A DNA stretch of 64,000 bases. Source: Vezdaea acicularis. Lineage: Eukaryota. Within the stretch, counting starts at the first letter, position 1; the number at the start of each line of letters is the position of its first letter. The notes beneath the pieces were generated by a model that saw only the letters and a program-made list of their open reading frames with translations, was not told where the DNA came from and did not search any database. Location of the stretch: positions 1-64,000 of the forward strand of contig JAPEUI010000021.1 of NCBI GenBank assembly GCA_026025075.1, written 5' to 3'. A program made the translations under genes and the position numbers. Shown here piece after piece: positions 52,565 to 64,000 of this stretch.

Positions 52565-53505
52565 ATGGGTTTAACACCCATGGTACCTTTCGTTGTACCT
52601 GCCAAACCTACTACGGTCACTCGAGTGTCTATTCGCCCCACTCGCTATGAGGCGAACGGCCAACACCACATCATCGCCAAGCTGGTCGTGCACGCCATCA
52701 CCATCCAACCCAGTGGCCAGATGTCCCATGAAGTCTTCCATCAGCATGGACTCAGATGCTGGACCGAAGACAATTACCCTTTCGGCCGGCCGCCCCATTC
52801 CAGCACCACCATACCCGCGCGTAGAGACAACGAGCTGCAGATGGCTGATCCGATATTCCAGGATGGGGAGGTGGTCATAACCTTCCCGCAGATACTGGGA
52901 TGGCGGCTCATGCTCAGAGCGCCTGTCCATGGTTTCTTGCTCTGGTGGCACTTGCGCTCGAGACGGTAAGCGTTCTCTACATATACGGTCGGGGTGCGAA
53001 GAAACTGATGGGTTCTCCGTTTGCTATGAAGCATATATCGTTTCCCGGAGTACACCCGCCCACCAAGCTGGAATCCTCCAATGGGGCATTCGCCAGCAGA
53101 GGTGAGCGTTCCCGAGCGCGACCAGCTGGTTATGGACGCCGAATGGCTTGGGGAGCACATGGGGATGTACGCCGCGGAAGCGGCTAGTACGGAACGATGG
53201 ACATGGGGTCCTCCAAGCATGGAAGCGACATACAGTAAGCCTCCCACCCACCCGCACAAGCCCTCCGGCGTCAAACCCCCGAGTAATGGGCTTCTCCAGT
53301 GCAACAAGATTCGCTGGAGTACACGCGAGCGAAGAATCAGCTGGACGAGGAGATCAAGATCGCGGAGCGAGACATGTTCGACGAGATGCTCCTCGACGAC
53401 CCGCCTGAGGCCCAGGACGAGTATTATCAGTTGATCAGGAGGAAACGAGCTTGTTCGTGCCGGTTGCCTGGCCCGCCAAATGAAATCGATATGGTGAATG
53501 CGTGA
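52565..53505 (+). CDS. Orphan protein ~269 aa; exons 52565-52965, 53032-53234, 53300-53505
   Basis: Three ORF fragments in different frames join into one open frame via introns GTAAGC..CTGAT..AAG and GTAAGC..GTAAT..CAG (401+203+206=810 nt); many C/G-ending codons. No family recognised. Confidence 0.72.
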
Positions 53506-54770
53506 TTGGGGAGGAGGAGGACGGTACGGTCTTTTTTAGCGTCCACACCATCCGGCTGCCTCGAGGGAGGCTTGAGCACACGCTCTGTCGACGAAGCAGG
53601 AGGAATAGGGGAGAGAGTGAGAGCGAGGAGAGAGCCTTTCTCGGCAAAACCCAAGAACGTCGTACTGTCTCTACCGGTCTCACAATTCTCATAGTTCTCA
53701 TAGTTTTCTCATCGTTCCCTTCTCTCTCTCGCTCTCTCTCTCTTTTTTCCGGTATCGCGAATTCCATCCATAGCTCTCCCTCCCTCCGCAACTGGCCGTA
53801 TCATAGTCTATTGAACCCGTCTGCTACCCCACCCGCCCCCGTGTTCGTCCTCCAAAGATACTCCGATTTGGCATTGTAGTCCCCTCACGTCAAATCGTAT
53901 GCACTCTCCCCGCGCGTTGCTTGTGGGTTAGGTATCCGCCCCGCGCGCGCGCGCTCTTACCCCCACTTCCTTCCATCGCTCGATTCGGGTGAGACAGCCG
54001 GGCACCGGCCGGGATCGACGGCGTGGGGGTAAGTGTCGTGACGGAGGTTACGGATGGGAAGAGGATAAGGGTAGGTAGGGCTGTTGTCTACTAGGGGAAT
54101 AGAGATGAGGGGTGGGCTTAGATTCAAGGGCATATCTACTTGGAACTGGGCTTAGAAGAGAGGGGGGGGGGTTAATGCATTGCCGAGAGGGAGTCCAAGG
54201 GGGTCAATGATGCATTGGCACGAGAAGTCCTTTCTTGGGGGAGTAGAGGGAGATGAAGGTTTGGGATCATCAGATTGCCGTTGGCGCTTTCTCATTCCGT
54301 CTCTCGACAGCCCTCCGTTTCGAAAGTTCGAAATAAGTGAGGCGTCGCCGTGGCGTTTGTTCTGCTTCTGCATCATGCGCGCCGAGGAGATCACACAGAA
54401 AGAGAGAGAGGGAGAGAAAAAGCCCAACCAAAGTTCAAATTCCGCTCATGCCGATTCCTGTCGAATATGAAGGGGTTGCACCCTCGCATGATCCCCCCAA
54501 GAACCCGTGTCCAGGCACCCGATATGCAGAGAAGGAAAGATTTTGCACAAAGAGAGAGAGAGAGAGATAGCGGTAGCCGCCGCATGTCCAAGGGGGGTCC
54601 GAGAAACCAAAGCATGTAACATGAATCGAAATGTTTTTCGTGAAAAAAAAAACAAGACCCAAGCTTGCCGTTTTTTTGGACGAAAAGAAGATGCTAAGGT
54701 GTTGGTAGTGTTGTTCGTGAGATTCGTAAATTGCTTTGCGGGGTTGGCGGGGGGGAGGGGGGGAGAGGCG

Positions 54771-55760
54771 TCACAATTTCCCGCCGAAATGTTCTTTTGC
54801 GTATTGCTCACATGCCTGAAGTAAGATGAGTGAGATGGGTGACGTGACAAGGGGAATAAACTTGGTGATGGGGCCAGTACCTTTGCGGGCTTTCCAACCT
54901 TTTGGCCGATGACCTTCCATTTGCTCGATTCGTACTCCTTTATAGCAGCGAGTAGGGCGGCACTCTGGGGCCAATGTTAGCTTATGCAGATTCATGTTGT
55001 TTGAGAGGGTAAACGTACTTCATCCTCCGCGAATTCGGCGTAGTGCATATCCTAATTCACGTCAGAATCCCCGCAGCAGTACCCCATGAAGATGCTCAAC
55101 CCTACCTTATACCAGTGCTTCTTGACGCTTCCTTCCGTCCGAGTGGGGAACGTCTAGGTCAGAGGTTAACTTCACTCTTCCCCCGTTTCAAGTGGAGGTA
55201 CCCCCCAGGGAAAGATATCCTACCTTGGCAATCTCGCTCCAGCTCTTAGACGCATCTCTCATCTGCTTCAGTCGGTGTTCTTCTGCCGGGGTCCATGGCG
55301 TGTTCGTTCGGCTTTTCTTTGCCACGGGAGGGGACAAGCTCTGGTCGGAGGGAGGAGCGGCAGTCGTAGGAGTGGTGGCGGTGGCGGTGGCAGTGGTAGT
55401 GGCAGTGGCAGTGGCAGGTGGGCCAGGCGGACCAGAAGCCCTTCTCTTCTTGCTTGGGGGCGGGGCAGGAGGTGATTGCGCTTGTTGTTTTTGGGGCGTG
55501 TCGTTCTGAGCTGTGAAGCCAGTACTCAGTCCAGTAGTGGTGGTGGTCGTCTCTGGTCTAGGTGAGATGGGTTCGGGCAGGTTCGGGGCGGGCTCCAACT
55601 TCCGCTTGGTTGAAGTACTTATCAAGATCGGGCAGAGGTTAGCATGGTAATGCGGGCAGCCGAGCAAAGGCGAGTCGGTCAGAGAGGTGAGGCAAAAGCT
55701 CAGGTGCAGGGGGGGGGAGGGTTTGGAATTCTCGACTCGGATGGGAGGTACTTACGACAT
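54771..55760 (-). CDS. Myb/SANT-like DNA-binding domain protein with two repeats; 6 coding exons including a 5-nt first exon
   Basis: Spliced product MS|TSTKRK...TPWTPAEEHRLKQMRDASKSWSEIAK|TFPTRTEGSVKKHWYK|DMHYAEFAEDE|SAALLAAIKEYESSKWKVIGQKVGKPAK|ACEQYAKEHFGGKL*. Confidence 0.9.
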
Positions 55761-55902
55761 GGTGCCTAAATGAGTATTTGGAGACGGATGAGGAAAGGTC
55801 TTGAGAGGTGTCGAGGGAGAAGGCTCGGCGGGTCGTAATGCTTAATTTTCCGATAGGTGTTGATGATGGGACGGAGCGAGACAACGGCTATTCATGCCCG
55901 TT

Positions 55903-55920
55903 CACACACACACACACACA
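55903..55920. repeat. (CA)9 microsatellite upstream of the Myb gene
   Basis: cacacacacacacacaca directly visible; (AG)8 at 54551-54566 and a CT-rich tract at ~53719-53742 are nearby. Confidence 0.9.
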
Positions 55921-58608
55921 CGCCGAGGCCCAAACACCTCTTGCTCGGCGTAACTGCTTCAAGTCGAGGGACTTGAAGCGACAATGATAAATCCTGTCCG
56001 GAGGGAGGGGAGGAGGCGCGGACGAATCAGAGAGGAGCAGATGGTTGTTGCAAGCTGACGCAGCAGACGACACGATACCGCGGCGGGCGAGGTGAGGTTC
56101 AATTAGAGAGTTTTTAGTCTTTCCAGGCGTTGGATGATAAGCCGCCAAGTGAGAGGTCCACGAGATGAGGCGGATTACTTTGGAGTGCGCATGTGCGTTG
56201 CTGGTCAAGGCCGGCCGTCCGTCAGTGGTTGCCCTTCGTCCAACCCCGCCTCGACTTGGGCGATGCTCATTCTTCAACACGAACACAGGAACACACGACT
56301 AGCCGCACCACGCCATCGGGGAGCCCTTCTCGACGGGCACGCTGTTCGACGCTTCTTAAGGTGCAAAGGTGAACAAGGAGACTTGGGGGGGACTTGGGGG
56401 TTAGCGCGGGCAGACGAAGCAATCGGCCCAGTCGCAAAGAGTCCAGTGCGGGGAAAGGAGCGAGAGGGCGACGAGCAAGTCCCTCGACTTGCAACGTGCG
56501 CGTCTCGAAAGACGAATGTGCCCCCGCCGCCGGCGAATGAAGCGGGCGAGGGGGTACCGCTACGATGCAGGCCGTCTGCGTGGTCGCAGGCTCGAGTGCG
56601 GCGTCGCGCTGGTCGATGCGCGAGGGGGTTGTGTGTACTCTGTTACGTTGTACTGTCCTGTCCTCGACCTCCCTCCGCACCGCACACCAGCTCCACCGCA
56701 GCAACTGCTGCAGCGCCGAGATGGTGGGGAACAGGCTGGGGATCGTCGTGACTTGCCGTAGCGAGCACGCCCACCGCCCACCGCCCCCCCCCGTAGCCCT
56801 GCACTCTCGTCCCTCCGTCGCGTTCGAGGCCCCCGCCGTGCGTCGCGCTGCCCCGTCGCCCAGTCACACCGTAGCCGTTCCGCGAGCACGATCGGTGATA
56901 AGGCCGATGATGCTGGTGATAGCCGTCAGAACAGGACTTTGTCCTCACGAGCAATCACATGGCCCGTGGAACTGCCGGGTCACAACCATGGGAAGGGCGG
57001 CGAACTCCCCCCCCGTCCCCCCCGCGGCGGCTGGGCGGCTGGGCGGCTGCCGTGTGCCGCACGTTCGCTTCGCCTCGGCAGCAGCCAGGGGAGTTCGAGA
57101 CCGCTTGCTCCCCATCTCCGGTGTTGCCTCTGCTTCGACATATTCTTTCTTTCAACCTCACATTGGACTTCTGGGCGCATGCGGTTGCTTCCCAACGTCA
57201 ACACCTCCATCTGAACAAGATCTTGGATGCGTGGCGGGATCCTTCCGGGCCGTCGATCACGGCGACCCTCCGTACACGTACCGTGGAAGCAGGTTCTGAG
57301 CCCTGCGTCCGCAACGATCTGTGCTTTCCTGCTTATCCTTGGTTCAGGATCTTCTGGGGCGCCGCGGATCAATGGCGCGCAGGCCGGGACCGGCCAGGTT
57401 TCAGCTTTGGCCTTGCAACCCTGATTATGAGGAGTAAGCTTTGCGTCTGGTCGAGAGTCCCACGGCGTTGAAAGCACGGGGTGCACCTGATAACAAGAAC
57501 GTTCCAACGATGCGAGAATGGAAGGTGACCGAGCCCTTCTCCTTGGCGTCTGTGCGCCGGAACCTCCTCCCGGGCCGTGAATACTTCCGAAGGCAGGTCT
57601 CATCAAGCTCTCACGCCGCTCATATCCTTTCCAGATAGTATCAGAGCAAAAACGACGTAACAGCGAAAAAGAGAGACACCCTCTCAAGCTCGGTTGGTGG
57701 GGAAAGAATACCCGCAGTCACCGCTTTCGGGCGCTCCGCATCCCGGTCTCCGCATGTCACTCGTACATCCATACACTACACGTTTTCGCCGCCGGCACGC
57801 CATTAGCTGCTCTCATCCGCATCGTAAAGATGGTCGAGATGGTCGAGATGGAGGGAGGCAGCTGCCCTGGTCCTTGGCGCGCAGTGACTGGCTCGGATGC
57901 CAAGGCCGTTACTTTCGCGGGGTGGGGGGGGGTGAGCTTCTGTGGACAGCGAATTGTCAATCTGAAGTAGAGTACCATAGCATACTGTATCAGCTTATTA
58001 CTACGTGTCTTTTGACCACTTGACTGAGAGCCAATCAGAGGGTGTGAGGAGGTTTGCCCTATGGGGGGGGGAACCCCTGTTTGCTCCAGACATATGGCAC
58101 CCCAGGTTGAAACTCGATTGAGCATACAAGCATATATGTTACTCTAATGCCTTCTTGTGTTGGCCTTCATTCGACTGATGTGACTGCGCTGTATGGGAAA
58201 AGTCAGGGAAATATCTGTTCATCAAGAGGACAGCAAGGCAGCCATCTCAGCGACATGGATAGATTCGATCAAGTGCTCAATTCGCTATGGAAAAATACAA
58301 AACTCCCTCCATCCAAGTTTCCCCCGGAGCAGGGCCGCCCATCCTTGGCAGAGGAGCGGCCGATGCCATGATTAAACCCTCTTTCGACCACGTGACAGGC
58401 AACCGACAATAGGAACAAAATGCTATGGTACCGAGAAGGAGTGAGAGACGCCGCAAATGAGATGCCGGGCGAAACAAAACTAGGAGGTGCTAGATCCGGC
58501 ATTTCCACTCAAGATACCCAAGTCTCGTCGACCCAAACAAAGCGCTAGGTTCCCAGCACCTTGTAACAGATCTTCGATTCATTCGTGCGGCCGGAATGGG
58601 AGGACTTC

Positions 58609-60072
58609 TTATAGTAAACATAGCCCGATGATGGCCATGAGGCCAGCGAACATACTGCCTTGAAGGACCTTGTCCGTCCGTCCGGCAGCTCCGCCCTTAG
58701 CCACACCTTGGCTGAAAGACGTTTGTGTGGAAGCAGCAGAGTTTAACGATGCAGATGCACCTCCGCCAGCACCAGCACTGGAGCCACCAGACCCTCCGCC
58801 GGAGCCTCCACCTTGGCCTTGTCCAGCATCGCCTCTCGTACCATCGGTTCCAGGCCCTGCACCGGTCAGACCAGGGACCGTAGCGCTCTGTGATGCCTTT
58901 GCAGAAGGATTAGAAGGATAATCAGCCGACATGTTCGTTCCGGTCCCAAGCAGAGACTTCAAGATGGTGGGTTTATCGGAGACTTCGATAGATTGGTTGG
59001 TACACGCCAGATTATCATATATGTAGGACTGCTTTCCGGTGACATGTGCGCCATTAGGTGGCTGGTAGCACTCAATGTCGACTTCAGAAACTATGGCATA
59101 GTCATAGCCGTGGGCCTGGATGTCCTGACTATTCCAGTCGATTGGGCCACCGGCCCACTGAATAGTACCGGGGGCATTCGACGGCGCTCCGCCAGGCCAG
59201 ACCGAAAGTTGGACACGGCAAGGCGTTTGAGGAAAGTCATAGCGATTCGATGTCGAGTTCCAGGTGTCACTACGCTTGACAGTACGTCCGACTTGTCCAT
59301 CGACGGACCATTGAATCTGATCGGGTGTCCAGTCGATGGTGTAAGTATGATAATTGTTGAATGTATCAGAGAGAGAGATGTTCGCGCTGTTCAAGTCTGT
59401 GAAGGTGTCAGAATTGATACATAGAGCTTGATAAAAGCTTTTTCGACTCACAGTTCGTTACACCTTGCGAGTACCAATTGGTCTGCGCAACCTGCAGATC
59501 TGCACCTATCCATTCGTAATCGATTTCATCCTTCGAGTCACCAAGGAGAATGAAAGCCGTGACAACACCCACCCCACGACTAGTCTTCATCTTCGCGCTG
59601 ATCTTCCCGTACCAGACCGAGACTGTTGATGCCAAGACGGTTCCGGCCGAATCGGCCGGCATCGTAAGTAGGACTTGGTTGTTGTACACCAAGGGATTAC
59701 CATCTGACACCCAATCGGCTTTCGATGGGTCACCTAGGTAGTCTTTCTTGGCTACGATGTCGTCCAGAGAGGTCATTTGGATGTGCCTGTTCTGGCAAAC
59801 GGGTTCGGGGACGCAGGAGTCGAGTGCATTCGAATATCGAGGATCGCAGCCCCCCAGGCAATAGGCACCGACACCACATTGACCATATTCTAGATGATTC
59901 ATTTAGCACCTGAGCTGGCCATTGAGACGTTGAGATGATACTCACGCGAACAGCACGGCGTATCGGTCGGACAAAGGTTTCCCACTCCACATTTGGGCGG
60001 ACCGTCAGCAGCAAACGCAGTAGGGAGACTGGCAAGAGCAGCCAGTGCCGCTGCAGCAGATAAGCGGACCAT
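58609..60072 (-). CDS. UTR2: GPI-anchored GH16 chitin-glucan transglycosylase with CBM18 (Utr2/Crh2 type); exons 60072-59946, 59889-59452, 59396-58609
   Basis: Signal peptide, chitin-binding CP..PCCSQYGQCGVGAYCLGGCDP, GH16 motif DEIDYE, YHTYTIDWTPD, PQTP.RVQLS.WPGG..GTIQWAGG, Gly/Ser linker and GPI signal. Confidence 0.93.
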
Positions 60073-61015
60073 GGCGAGTTGTAGTACTTCTGCTTGTTAA
60101 GATTATGGGGCCGTTCAGGATTAAAGGTAATATGCAAATGGTATATGCAGAGCGAAGAGGTCGATAATGAGCGACCTGGAAAAAGCGCACCACGACTGGG
60201 CCGGACCTCCTTGCTTGAACGAGCGCAGCAGGAGTACAGCCTGCTTGGTCGGGCGAAACGAGAGTGATGTACGGCGAGAAAGGGACGTGCAGAGACGACG
60301 AGAGCGTCGAGGGGGGTTCGGAAGGGACAAACAACGAGGGTCGTGGGGTTGAGCTGAAGAGATGGAAAGAAAGAATGAGAGGATGAGGAGACGGGGGGAG
60401 AGGAGCAGGCAAGGCAGGGCTGGGGAAGGGACGGGGCAGTTCCATTGGGCGGCAGGCCGCGCCAGGGAGGCATGCGAGGGTCGCCATCGAGCCGAAACGG
60501 CAAGAGCTGGAGCCCCAGGACAGGAGGTACGCGGGGCGTGCTGCGTAACGCACGCCAACGAAAAGTCTGTCCACACGGAGGCTCGCTTAGTGGAGCAGTG
60601 AGCATCGACCGTGGCGTCGCACTCGATCTAAATTGGGAAACCGCGAAGCTTGACTCAAGCCAAGCCACGTACGGTTTAGCACAATCACGATGTATTTCCC
60701 CGACCATGATATCACTTCAACATTTGATGAAGCATTGAGGGCCAGAAGCTTGCTGGAACCGCTGATCGACTTCGGAGCGAGGCCAAGGCAGCTAGCCCAG
60801 GGTGCGGCAATTGCCTTTTGATCTCTAGAGACGGCACCTCCCGTTGGCAGGAAATGTGGAGCCCCTCCCTACTTTGTCCCCTTAATTGCAATGGACGGCG
60901 AATCGCCGCAAAGTACTCCCATGCTTAATCCAGATGAGAGGCTCTAGTTCGTGTGCTGTACCGTTGTTGCGAAAGCTAAAACCGCGAATCTATGTCTCAA
61001 ACGCTCCAAACCCGT

Positions 61016-64000
61016 TCAAACGACAATCAGATTTCCAACTGGAACGCCTTGGCTATGAACATGATACCTCCGCCTGATTCCGATTCCCTTCGCCCCGACC
61101 AGAAGCTCCCACGTCCGCTCTCCACCCTCGACCAATACTAACGGGATGCCCTGTCTCCTCAACAGTCCACTGGGAGTTTTCTGGACTCGGTCTAAAAGAG
61201 GTTTGATCAGTTCTGCCTCCGTCCAGCCATCTTCCTCATCATCCTGCCCTTCTTCTTCGTAGCTCACGATTATCACTAGCGGCGGATTCCGCGAAGAAGG
61301 GATGGTCTCAAGCTTGGTGCTGAAGGAACACCCGCCACGCCTCATGATGATAACCTGAGCTTTCTTGGCAGCTTCTGGAAGACGGCGACAGGAGTCCGTT
61401 GCTACGAAGATCCTGGACCATAGAAGCGGGCCTTGATTATTAGCGTCAGGAACATCAGGAAGCGGTGCAGCCCCCAGGCCCGTCGATATGATTGCGGGTA
61501 TATGCGGATGTGCATTCGCGCTCGCAATGCCAACTGGTGTTTGTTGAATGAGCTGATCACTAGAGAGTGAAAAGTGAGTGAGGAGGCTGTTGAGCATGTT
61601 TCGGAACTGCGTGACTTTGGGGTCGCTGGAAGGATTTGACTCAGAGTCAGGGCTCGCACTCGAGGTGGCTGGAGTAACCCTAAGCCCGCTCTCGCCGGTA
61701 TCAACAACGATATCGAGGAGAATAGTGTCGCGAATCCGGGAAAAATTGGGGTCAATCATATCGACAATGAGGTCGCGTCCAATGAAGACTTTCTCGTCGC
61801 GGCCCAGTGGCATATTGCCCATTCGATGTATGCGAAAAATTTTGTCAGGGCCAGAGCCTCCAAAATGGACATGATCGTCTCGAATTAATCCTAGACCCAT
61901 CCCAGCAAGTGAGTTGATCATAATTCCCTCTTTAATCCGAACGGCCCCTTGAGTGAACACCGGGCCAGAAGGCGACGGGAATTGGATGTCGAAAGTGGGA
62001 ATGTGCTTGAGTTTGGTGGAGAACCCGTTGAAAGGGAGTAGATCAGCAGGAAGAGTCCAAGGAAAGAAGGTATAATTGGTGGGCGAGTAAAGATCGGACA
62101 ACGATATGCTCGGATGGTCTTGAGAAAACTCCACCAAAGGTGAGTTAATTGTTTGCGTATTTGGAATTAAATGAAGGCGCGCTAGATTTGCCGCATGAAA
62201 GACATCACCTCTTGAAGCGGTGGATGAAATGGTAAGAGGCACAAGGGGGGGTGGCAAAGGGCAAGTTTCATAATTGTAATCACCACCATGATCCGGCTTA
62301 CCGCGTTCTTCTCGCGGTATGATGAGAGGATGCCCTTCTGTGGTAAAGACGAACGGCACGTCGAGGGTGTTGAAAGGATGGCTTTCGTCAAATAGAAGAA
62401 ATAAGTATTTCGCTGTCTCACCGAGGAAAAATGACTCTTGTCTATCAGAGCGCTCGCCGCTCCGGACGTCTTGGAGACCTGAGAACCCACACTTGGCCCA
62501 ACACCTTCGTTTGATATCTGAAACAATCATCGAGCCAACGTATAGATACCAAGGATCCTTCGTCACTCTATAAAGATGATAATTGGATTCGGAAAACTCA
62601 GGGCGCCCTCCCCACCAGGATAAGCCATTGTCGATACTCCCTGTACGGGCGGACCATCTTTCGGGAAGCGCAGAGTAGCGTGTCCAGAGAGCTGTATAGA
62701 GGAGGTGTGTACTAATAGCCTCTTCCACATTACCAGCAAGCGCAAGCAAACCGGGATAGTATGCACTTAGGCTGTCAACCCAGAACACCTGTGGCGAACC
62801 CGTACTAAGAAGTGAGTTGATGTAATGCGGGTGGGGGCTCTCTTGGTACAGATGACGCTTAATTGACGCATGTGAATCGAGCCAAATATTCAAGAATGTT
62901 TCGGGAGACTGATCCTCGCTACTCAGTGGATTGAATAGTCGGTTTGGATCATTAGAAGATGTAGAAACATAGCTTTGGGATTCGAGACCGGATAAGAAGA
63001 TATAGGACTTGAAAGCATATTCGTAGAAGCTGTCAATACCTGCACCAATCCCGGTGTACGGACCAGTCCAGAGACCACTGTCAGCGTCGATACCTGCACC
63101 TACTAGACCGATTGGACTCCGACGGCTCCAAACAGCATGGAAAGCGCGCTTTGCTACTTGTTCAAACCTTCCGTCCCCCGTGAGTCGGCTTAATGTCGTG
63201 AACTCAAGAATCAGACTACCCGCGCCTGCACTGCACGTCTCTGTGATTTCTGGCGCGCCCGTTGAACAATGGCCATTCTCTGCGTCCGCGTTAAGCGGGG
63301 AGTTCGAATAGAATGGGATACCATAACGAAGATTTACGCGTGGATAAGGAATCCCGTTAGGCGTATAGAATGCAGGTAGCAGGCGCTCTCCAAGGTCGTA
63401 TGCTAGACGTAGAAGCTGCCCATCATAAACAAAACCCGACGGCCATTCGATGCGGTCCTCAGGGACAGGCCTCCCCCGCTTGAGTTTCCGTCTTCGATTG
63501 CGATTCCGCTTGCGGGACGGGTTGTATCCTCGAATCGGGAGATCGCCAGCCGCGAAGAGATGGGCCGAGAGCAGCCCTCCGACGCCCCTGATTGTTGTCT
63601 CGAAAACTTGTACTTTTGAGTCGACGTCAAAGCCTTTCCCACGAATGCCTACAGCATCTGCACCGTTTGTTCCATCCCCATAATAGTCAACCAGAAGGCT
63701 CACGCCTTCCTGAAATCTTGATAAAGCCTCGTTGGTGTGATTGTCTTGGGGAGATGACGCGAGAATTGCAAGCGTAGAGAGACTATCAATCAGGGTAAGG
63801 GATATGTTGGCAAGGACGTCATTGATCCCAATGTTTTCGGGGTGGCCGCGGTCTCGTGTAAGTGGCTTGCAAGAAATCGGACGAATCTGACCTGATCAGC
63901 ATGTGTGACAACCAAGCAGCAAAGAGCAAAACCCTACTTCATCCTCTGGAAACGCATGCTTCATATAGTTGTCATAACCATGATAAAACATTGAAGTCAC
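61016..64000 (-). CDS. MNL1: ER alpha-mannosidase-like protein (GH47, Mnl1/Htm1/EDEM) with C-terminal PA-like region; 5' end outside window; intron 63937-63887
   Basis: MFYHGYDNYMKHAFPEDE, LTLIDSLSTL, VQVFETTIRGVGGLLSAH, GIGAGIDSFYEY, RPEF.ES.Y, DRQESFFLGETAKYLFLLFD, FTTEGHP, RGGCSF. Confidence 0.93.

Noticed and set aside
55888..57687. Many overlapping 100-245 aa ORFs on both strands (also 35205-36481 and 59730-60738)
   Set aside because: GC-rich, stop-poor upstream regions; Arg/Pro/Gly-biased translations in all frames with no domains.
61675..61683. TAACCCTAA template-like match
   Set aside because: Antisense within the MNL1 coding exon (LRVT codons); coincidental.

Overview
Left end of a nuclear chromosome from a filamentous ascomycete (Pezizomycotina-type proteins; short GT-AG introns with CTRAY branch sites; species not identifiable here). 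The window opens with ~20 telomeric (CCCTAA) repeats (1-123). There is almost no subtelomere: the stop codon of PEX2 lies ~450 bp from the telomere tract. It is followed by a compact run of 23 reconstructable genes with no recognisable transposons. In order: PEX2, importin-11/KAP120, a coiled-coil membrane protein, GH5 exo-1,3-beta-glucanase, an orphan, a Kre9-like GPI protein, an SDR, DUF2462, MTC1, an AT-hook/zinc-finger protein, kinesin-8, MsrA, a Tim17-like protein, a secreted Cys-rich protein, PHO8, NDUFAF3, RPL34, intein-free PRP8, COX4, a second orphan, a Myb protein, UTR2/CRH2 and a 5'-truncated MNL1/EDEM. Exon/intron structures were rebuilt by hand from splice signals and frame continuity; family calls are from motif recognition, not database searches. 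Most interesting: the naked chromosome end with a short structured telomere-adjacent segment, two spliced orphan genes the ORF track does not assemble, a 126-bp tandem coding relic with RIP-type stop codons, a probable spliced non-coding transcript at 33.9-34.7 kb, and a UBZ-like zinc finger that appears only after splicing. I could not demonstrate a wholly new multi-gene system; no tRNA, rRNA, CRISPR or mobile element was found.
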